From positions 507,962 to 571,961 of the forward strand of contig CP064982.1 in assembly GCA_016699595.1 (NCBI GenBank): a stretch of DNA of 64,000 nt, in the 5' to 3' direction. This DNA is from a bacterium (lineage in GTDB: Bacteria > Patescibacteriota > Dojkabacteria > GCA-016699595). Shown here one piece after another: positions 58,111 to 64,000 of the stretch. Made by a program: the position numbers and the translations under genes. The notes under the pieces were generated by a model. It made no database searches and was not told the DNA's origin. It saw nothing but the letters and a program-made list of their open reading frames with translations. Position 1 is the stretch's first letter; each line of letters opens with the position of its first letter.

Positions 58111-60642
58111 TCATCTATTTACACTTGCAATACCTTCTAGTTCATCCATATCTCCATAAATTGAATCTTCAGCTTTGCTAGTAAATCCTACCGGTTCACT
58201 ATCAGCAGTATACTCATTCACTTTATCCCAATTAATTGTATAGCCCTTTGTCCCACCTAAGTTTTCGCCAAGAAATCCTTCTTCTTGAAGCTCTGCTACC
58301 AACCTAGAAGATTTGTTGTAACCTATCTTCATATGTGTTTGCAAAAGCGAGGCTGAAGCTTTCCCAGCTCTTTTGATGATTTTCAATACCTCAATCTTTT
58401 CAACTGAAAGATCACTATCGCTTGGAATATTTTCACCTTGTGAATATTCTACAAAGGACTTTCGTTGCGAATCCCACTTCTGAGATGAATTCACACTTTC
58501 TAAGTAGTTAGGTTCATTTGAGTAAGATTCATATTGTTCCTTGATAAATGCGACAATTCTTTTGATCTCATCACCAGAAATGAACGCACCCTGCAATCTC
58601 CTGACTTTGTTTGATTCTATTTGTGCCAACATATCTCCATTTCCCAAAAGATCTTCTGCGCCAGGTTGATCAAGAACAACCCTAGAATCAGTATTGCTAT
58701 TGACCCTAAGTGCTACATGCGCTGGAAGATTACCTTTCAAAATACCAGTTATGACATTGACACTAGGTCTTTGTGTAGCAAGTATTAGGTGAATTCCGAC
58801 TGCTCTTGCCTTTTGGGCAATTCTAGTAACTTCTCCTTCAAATGCTTTTCCTGTAGTCATCATCAGATCAGCAACCTCGTCTATAATGATAACTATAAAT
58901 GGCATAGCTGAAAATCCCATTACATCATTGTATTCAGATATATTTTTGACACGTGCTTCAGCAAGTATCGTATATCTTCTATCCATTTCTTCAACCGACC
59001 ACTTGATAGCATTCATAACTTTATCAGTTTCACCAGTTATAAGTGGAGTTAGCAAGTGCGGTATACCATCATAGTCAGCAAAGTCAACTTTCTTAGGATC
59101 AACAATAATCAATCTAAGTTCGTCAGGACTTTTTGTCATAAGCAGACTCATCAGAAGCGTATTTGTCAAAATAGATTTCCCAGAACCAGTAGTACCAGCT
59201 ATAAGTAAATGAGGCATTTTTTGTAAGTCATAGACAACCGTTGAACCATCTATAGCTTTACCTAGAGTGACACCTAATTTATGAGATTTATAACTTTTAG
59301 AAAGTGTTTCCATCATTTCTCTAAATCTAACTATATTCCTCACTTTGTTTGGCACCTCTATCCCTATATACGGAGTTCCATCAATTTGTTGCATTCTGAT
59401 TTCACCTACTGCAGATAGGTGCGACTTCAAATCACTAGAACGCCTTTTGATCGAATCGACAGTAACTCCCTCTGCTATAGCTACTACATACTGTGATACA
59501 GATGGACCTATCTTACATAATTCTCTTTGTACTTTCACATTTATACCAAAAGATCTAAACGATCTTTCAATAATTTCAGAGTTTCTTTCAATTTCCTTTC
59601 TATCTTGTTTTGGAAGTTCGTACTTATCAAGTTCTGAAACAGGTGGATTTATCCAATCACTAAATTTCAAAACTAAGTTTTGCAGAGCTTCTTCACTTGT
59701 TGCATTTTCTGCTAATTCTTTAGTAAGGTCAGACGGATCTTCATCACCTTCGATGTAATTGATAGCTTTATCTACTTGCAAATTCTTCTTATCAACATCA
59801 AGGTTAACCGATTTTTGCCTTGCCAATTCTTTCCATGGCGGCTCTTTAGCTTCATTGTTGTATTGATTGTGATTAGGCTTAAGAGGTTCAATATCTTTTT
59901 CGTTATTTTGCCAATACTTTGAGTTTATGATCCTGTCTTCTTCATCTTCATCATCTATCTCATCTTCGCTTACTAGTTTTGTCTCACGCGCAGCTTTCTT
60001 TTGTTCGATATACAAATTAGTTGCTAGAAACAAGCCTTTGATCTGATCATAGATTGAAGAGAATATCTTGGCTATCATCTCAAAAATCTTCAAGATTTTG
60101 ACCCAGATATTTGCAAGAGATAAATTGAAAGATAATGACGCTACTAAAATCATCGTAATGACGAGAATAAATTTAGCAAGAAAATTTCCCAAAGCATCTG
60201 CCAAAAATCCGCCAAGAAAATAGCCTACATGACAATTACCCAAAAAGGTAAGAATATCAAGTGAACCTGAAACAAATTTACAACTATAGGAAGCAAAGTT
60301 GCCTAAATATTCATAACTTCCAATAAGGAAAAAAAGTATAAACTGAAAGAAACTAGATAAATTTTGATTTGCAGCATAAGAAAAACCTAATTTCTTTAGG
60401 GAAATATTTATAAGCAGAAATGACAATGGGAATGTTGAAATACCAAGAAATTTACCAATAGTTACCAAAATCTTTCCTGAATCAACAGGTGCAAAATATG
60501 AAAGTAAAACAATAATTCCTAATATGAATATAAATATACCAAAAACTATATTTACTTCTGTAATGTCGTATTTGACAACTTGAGGTGCTTTTTTCCGTCC
60601 CATGTCTCTGATATTACTAAATAATACTAGAGATATCAACAT
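58111..60642 (-). CDS. ftsK: DNA translocase FtsK/SpoIIIE
   Basis: N-terminal TM domain, Walker A GTTGSGKS, Walker B IVIIIDEVADLMM, ILATQRPS, C-terminal gamma-like winged helix. Confidence 0.9.
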   Translation of the reverse strand: MLISLVLFSNIRDMGRKKAPQVVKYDITEVNIVFGIFIFILGIIVLLSYFAPVDSGKILVTIGKFLGISTFPLSFLLINISLKKLGFSYAANQNLSSFFQFILFFLIGSYEYLGNFASYSCKFVSGSLDILTFLGNCHVGYFLGGFLADALGNFLAKFILVITMILVASLSFNLSLANIWVKILKIFEMIAKIFSSIYDQIKGLFLATNLYIEQKKAARETKLVSEDEIDDEDEEDRIINSKYWQNNEKDIEPLKPNHNQYNNEAKEPPWKELARQKSVNLDVDKKNLQVDKAINYIEGDEDPSDLTKELAENATSEEALQNLVLKFSDWINPPVSELDKYELPKQDRKEIERNSEIIERSFRSFGINVKVQRELCKIGPSVSQYVVAIAEGVTVDSIKRRSSDLKSHLSAVGEIRMQQIDGTPYIGIEVPNKVRNIVRFREMMETLSKSYKSHKLGVTLGKAIDGSTVVYDLQKMPHLLIAGTTGSGKSILTNTLLMSLLMTKSPDELRLIIVDPKKVDFADYDGIPHLLTPLITGETDKVMNAIKWSVEEMDRRYTILAEARVKNISEYNDVMGFSAMPFIVIIIDEVADLMMTTGKAFEGEVTRIAQKARAVGIHLILATQRPSVNVITGILKGNLPAHVALRVNSNTDSRVVLDQPGAEDLLGNGDMLAQIESNKVRRLQGAFISGDEIKRIVAFIKEQYESYSNEPNYLESVNSSQKWDSQRKSFVEYSQGENIPSDSDLSVEKIEVLKIIKRAGKASASLLQTHMKIGYNKSSRLVAELQEEGFLGENLGGTKGYTINWDKVNEYTADSEPVGFTSKAEDSIYGDMDELEGIASVNR

Positions 60643-60684
60643 TTAAGCTACTGACACAGTATATAAATATACTTCTGTAACATA

Positions 60685-61179
60685 TTATAAAACTTCCAAT
60701 AGTTTAACTTCAAAATATAATATTGAATTTGCAGGAATTAATCCATTTTGATTCGCACCATATCCAAGTTCAGCTGGAATCTTCAAATACCTGGTTCCAC
60801 CAACCTTCATACCTTGTAATCCATTCCTCCAACCCTCTATCACACCTGACAATGGGAAACTGATTGGATCTTTTATCTCTGAACCATTTGCATTTATAGT
60901 CTTATCAAATTCTGTGCCATCTTCAAGCCAACCTCTATAATGAACCTTGACTGTAGATGTATCAACCACTTCAGTCCCTGTACCAACCTCTTTGTCAACA
61001 ATATAAAGTTTTGCATTTGCTACAGTGCCATCAGGCAAAGTATATTCCACTAGTTTTGCATTATCTTCGTTGAACATAATTTTTGCATTATCGATAGTAT
61101 TATTATTTTTCCATAATATAACTACCCCAAATATAAGTAATAAAGTAACGAATGTGATGTAGATAAATTTGTCTTTCAT
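60685..61179 (-). CDS. FKBP-type peptidyl-prolyl cis-trans isomerase
   Basis: VKVHYRGWLEDGTEFD...FPLSGVIEGWRNGLQGMKVGGTRYLKIPAELGYG FKBP signature; N-terminal TM/signal. Confidence 0.85.
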   Translation of the reverse strand: MKDKFIYITFVTLLLIFGVVILWKNNNTIDNAKIMFNEDNAKLVEYTLPDGTVANAKLYIVDKEVGTGTEVVDTSTVKVHYRGWLEDGTEFDKTINANGSEIKDPISFPLSGVIEGWRNGLQGMKVGGTRYLKIPAELGYGANQNGLIPANSILYFEVKLLEVL

Positions 61180-61194
61180 ATCTTTAAATTTAAG

Positions 61195-61980
61195 TTAATT
61201 AATTAAATCATTTTGATACATAGAAATAACACTATTAGGTTCTCCTACTGCGGCAACCTTATGATCTTTGATATACAAAACTTTGTTGCAATATTTAGCA
61301 ATAGATACTAAATCGTGACTCACAAAGATGATCGTACTTCTTTCGCTAATTTTCTCCTCCAATTTCGAAGTACACTTTTCTTGAAACTTTGCATCACCAA
61401 CAGCAAGGACTTCATCCATGATGTAAATATCTCCTTTTGCTTCCATAGCTATTGCGAAAGCCAGCCTTACCATCATTCCAGAAGAATAGTGTTTGATTTG
61501 CATATCCTCAAATTCACGAAGTTCAGCAAAGTCCCAAATTTTATCATACCTAGAGCTAATTTCCGCTGCAGTTAAACCCAAAATAGTACCGTTCAAGTAT
61601 ACATTCTCTTGCCCCGTTAACTCTGGATTGAACCCAACACCAAGTTCCAAAAAAGGAATAATTTTTCCATCACTCAAAATTTTACCTATATTTGGAGTAT
61701 ATATTTGGGCAATCATTTTCAAAAGCGTTGATTTGCCTGAACCATTCCTACCAATGATACCAAAGAAGTCACCTTTTGTTACTTCAAAATTAATATCATC
61801 TAATGCAATAAATTTAGTCTTTTGACTCTCGTTTTTCTTAAAAAAATTCTGAAACCTTGATTTGAAAGTATTATGATTATCTTTATCTAGAAAAAACCAT
61901 TTACTTACATTTTCAACTTTGATAGCCAAACTTGGAGCTAAGACTTGATTCACTTTTTTTATACTATCTTTGATAGACAC
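61195..61980 (-). CDS. ABC transporter ATP-binding protein (polysaccharide/teichoic-acid exporter TagH/Wzt/KpsT-like)
   Basis: Walker A GRNGSGKST, signature YSSGMMVRLAFA, Walker B IYIMDEVLAVGD; no cognate permease recognised nearby. Confidence 0.75.
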   Translation of the reverse strand: MSIKDSIKKVNQVLAPSLAIKVENVSKWFFLDKDNHNTFKSRFQNFFKKNESQKTKFIALDDINFEVTKGDFFGIIGRNGSGKSTLLKMIAQIYTPNIGKILSDGKIIPFLELGVGFNPELTGQENVYLNGTILGLTAAEISSRYDKIWDFAELREFEDMQIKHYSSGMMVRLAFAIAMEAKGDIYIMDEVLAVGDAKFQEKCTSKLEEKISERSTIIFVSHDLVSIAKYCNKVLYIKDHKVAAVGEPNSVISMYQNDLIN

Positions 61981-62022
61981 AATGCCATTATAACATAACT
62001 AGTATTCTATATTTATGATAAG

Positions 62023-62235
62023 TTAGAAGTTTGATTTAAGCAAATCTGCATTCCCGTCATATATCTTCAAAATATCCGTTCTTAATTCAGGATCCATTTT
62101 CTTTATTTCTTTTGTCACAATTGTCTTTGAACTCATATCCAAAAACATCTGGACACCAGTTGATACTAAAATAACTATCAAAAGACTACCTATAAACAAT
62201 GACCATGTTTTCGAAATTTTGACCTTTGTTTTCAT
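62023..62235 (-). CDS. Small hypothetical membrane protein (70 aa)
   Basis: Single predicted TM helix; 1-nt spacing to the upstream gene. Confidence 0.35.
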   Translation of the reverse strand: MKTKVKISKTWSLFIGSLLIVILVSTGVQMFLDMSSKTIVTKEIKKMDPELRTDILKIYDGNADLLKSNF

Positions 62236-62236
62236 A

Positions 62237-62812
62237 CTAATTTCCTACGCTAACAAGCGAGTAAAAGTTTATATTTAAGCTATATGTTCCATTACCAGTC
62301 TGACTTATACCAGTAATCTCAACTCCCCTTGGATACCTTTCAATATCATGAATAAATTTTGCGAAGTTAGATTCATCATTTCTTGATTTGATGTCGATAG
62401 AAAAGGATTTATAGGAGAGCGTTTGATAAGCTTCACCTACACCTATTATACTAGTTTCAAAAGAAAGCATATCAAACCCAGAGACATTGGCAATATCTGC
62501 TAAATTTTGTATCAATTCTTCTTCTACGTGATCCTCAACCATTCTAACTTTAACCAATGAGAAACTAGCTTTATTTTCTTCAAACTTGTCACTTAAAACT
62601 CTAAGAGTCTCAATCTTTTGGTTCATATCACTAAGGTACTGTGTATTGACTACGATTTCATTTTTGATTCTTGTAATTTTCAATATTGTAGGTCTCACAG
62701 TCAGAAGAAAAAGAAGTAAAGTAATTAGAATGCTCAAAAATAGGAGCAAAAAAGTTTTTTTCTGAGTTGATTCAAGTATGTCAGTTAGTTTTGAAGAAAA
62801 TGATATATTCAT
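62237..62812 (-). CDS. Bitopic membrane protein, PilO-like (type IV pilus assembly)
   Basis: N-terminal TM, predicted coiled coil, C-terminal domain; overlaps the upstream PilN-like gene by 4 nt. Confidence 0.4.
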   Translation of the reverse strand: MNISFSSKLTDILESTQKKTFLLLFLSILITLLLFLLTVRPTILKITRIKNEIVVNTQYLSDMNQKIETLRVLSDKFEENKASFSLVKVRMVEDHVEEELIQNLADIANVSGFDMLSFETSIIGVGEAYQTLSYKSFSIDIKSRNDESNFAKFIHDIERYPRGVEITGISQTGNGTYSLNINFYSLVSVGN

Positions 62813-63357
62813 ATTTGATTGTCAATAACTTCAATTTCACTAAATTCTTTGTCCAAGATTAGCTCTCCAGAAAGCGAAGCTACTATTGCCCCTTCCTTGT
62901 CTGGTGTATAACTAGCCAAAACTACATTTTTTGTATACTTTGATTCTTTAAGCATTCGTTCTATTTCTTGAATATTTGAAGGTGTCGAAACGATACTAAT
63001 CTCAAAAGATTTTCCTTTTGCAATCGTAATATTCATTTTCTTGAAATCAGGTAATTTCGAGAATAAATCAACCCAAACATTTTCATATATAAAAATATTT
63101 GAACTTAGTTTAACTAAGTCATTTAGTTTGGCCTGAGCATCGCGTAATTCAGCTTCAGAATCTTGATAAACCATAAGTATTCGCTCTTTTTGCTCGATTT
63201 CTTCTTTCAAATCATTTGACTGTCGGTCTAATATTACCCTATATCCAAAACTAATTATAATAACTATTTGTACAAAGAGAATTAAAATCCTCACAGTTCC
63301 AGTGAGCCAAAAATAAATTTTGTCCCAAAAGGGAATTACAGGTCTAGCTGACTTCAA
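62809..63357 (-). CDS. Bitopic membrane protein, PilN-like (type IV pilus assembly)
   Basis: Short cytoplasmic N-terminus, TM RILILFVQIVIIISFGY, coiled coil, C-terminal domain. Confidence 0.4.
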   Translation of the reverse strand: MKSARPVIPFWDKIYFWLTGTVRILILFVQIVIIISFGYRVILDRQSNDLKEEIEQKERILMVYQDSEAELRDAQAKLNDLVKLSSNIFIYENVWVDLFSKLPDFKKMNITIAKGKSFEISIVSTPSNIQEIERMLKESKYTKNVVLASYTPDKEGAIVASLSGELILDKEFSEIEVIDNQI

Positions 63358-63438
63358 TAGGTTGAATATCTGTTTTGAGGAGGTTGGCAGTTTTTTGATA
63401 GCTTTACATTTGCAAATTCTTCAGACAAACAGGATTTA

Positions 63439-63996
63439 CTAACTTGATATGATTTTATCAAATTCTTTTGGGTTATTGCAAACAGATAAATACAATCCTT
63501 TATTTTCGAACTTAAACTCTTCTGCTAATTCCTTCTGCTTGATTTCATTTAGAACTTCATTATTTTTGTAATGGCAATTTGGTACAGCTTCAGTGCGACC
63601 GTTCTTTCTTATAATATAGTGACTCATTCCTCTAGCATCTGGTATAGATTTGTAGTTCAATTTATAGTCATTTTTATAAACTTTCGAAACGATACACGGA
63701 GTTGACCTTATATTGATTATTGTAAAGTCGTATCCACAGGGAACAGTAAACTTCTCACCTTTTCTCAGTTTGACCAAAGCCGAAAATTCAACTTCAGGAT
63801 TTGCAGGTACAAGCCAATCTTCTTTGGACTTGCGTACTTGCATCATAACCAAGCATTGTCCATATATCGGCTCAATAACGGAAGAAATACCGACTTTTAT
63901 AAACTTATCCAAAAGATTATCCGTTTTTTTTATTTTTTTATTTGTTAGGAACTTTGAAGTATATATATGAGTTCTACTATACTCCACTCCTATCAT
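63439..63996 (-). CDS. Hypothetical protein (185 aa)
   Basis: ORF only; Cys/His-containing segments but no confident motif. Confidence 0.4.
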   Translation of the reverse strand: MIGVEYSRTHIYTSKFLTNKKIKKTDNLLDKFIKVGISSVIEPIYGQCLVMMQVRKSKEDWLVPANPEVEFSALVKLRKGEKFTVPCGYDFTIINIRSTPCIVSKVYKNDYKLNYKSIPDARGMSHYIIRKNGRTEAVPNCHYKNNEVLNEIKQKELAEEFKFENKGLYLSVCNNPKEFDKIISS

Positions 63997-64000
63997 CTGT

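Noticed and set aside
1-64000. CRISPR arrays, rRNA genes, insertion sequences and prophage genes
   Set aside because: No regularly spaced direct repeats with unique spacers, no rRNA-like conserved stretches and no transposase, integrase or phage structural gene recognised on either strand.

Overview
Low-GC (roughly one-third G+C by eye) bacterial chromosomal window, standard genetic code, with almost all genes on the minus strand. The core is a canonical ribosomal-protein supercluster (rpsJ through rplQ, then rplM-rpsI, plus tuf and fusA) surrounded by housekeeping genes (gpmI, clpC-like, class I aldolase, gatC, gatA, greA, ruvCAB, truB, nth, pth, glyA, ftsE, ftsX, ftsK) and two adjacent tRNA-Met genes. 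The ribosomal cluster has no L30 and no L29 gene in their expected slots, and carries an extra membrane-anchored ORF wedged between rplC and rplD. Together with a VirB4-type ATPase operon, PilN/PilO-like genes and large surface proteins ending in an LAxTG-like motif, this suggests a reduced-genome, Gram-positive-like lineage, plausibly Patescibacteria/CPR (inference only). The most unusual signals are small palindromic sequences sitting in-frame inside housekeeping genes: one ~50-bp GC-rich double-hairpin element present in both truB and gatA on opposite coding strands, and a separate 30-nt palindrome inside ruvC. An SDR oxidoreductase gene is also enclosed by two nested pairs of perfect 14-bp inverted repeats. 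Other points worth follow-up are a UvrB truncated to its N-terminal 415 aa, an FtsE with a ~300-aa low-complexity tail ending in an RpoA-CTD-like domain, a surface protein with near-identical 177-nt tandem repeats, an Lnu-like nucleotidyltransferase, and two apparently frameshifted ORF remnants. No CRISPR array, rRNA, transposase or integrase was recognised. All coordinates come from the supplied ORF track and manual reading; no database searches were run.
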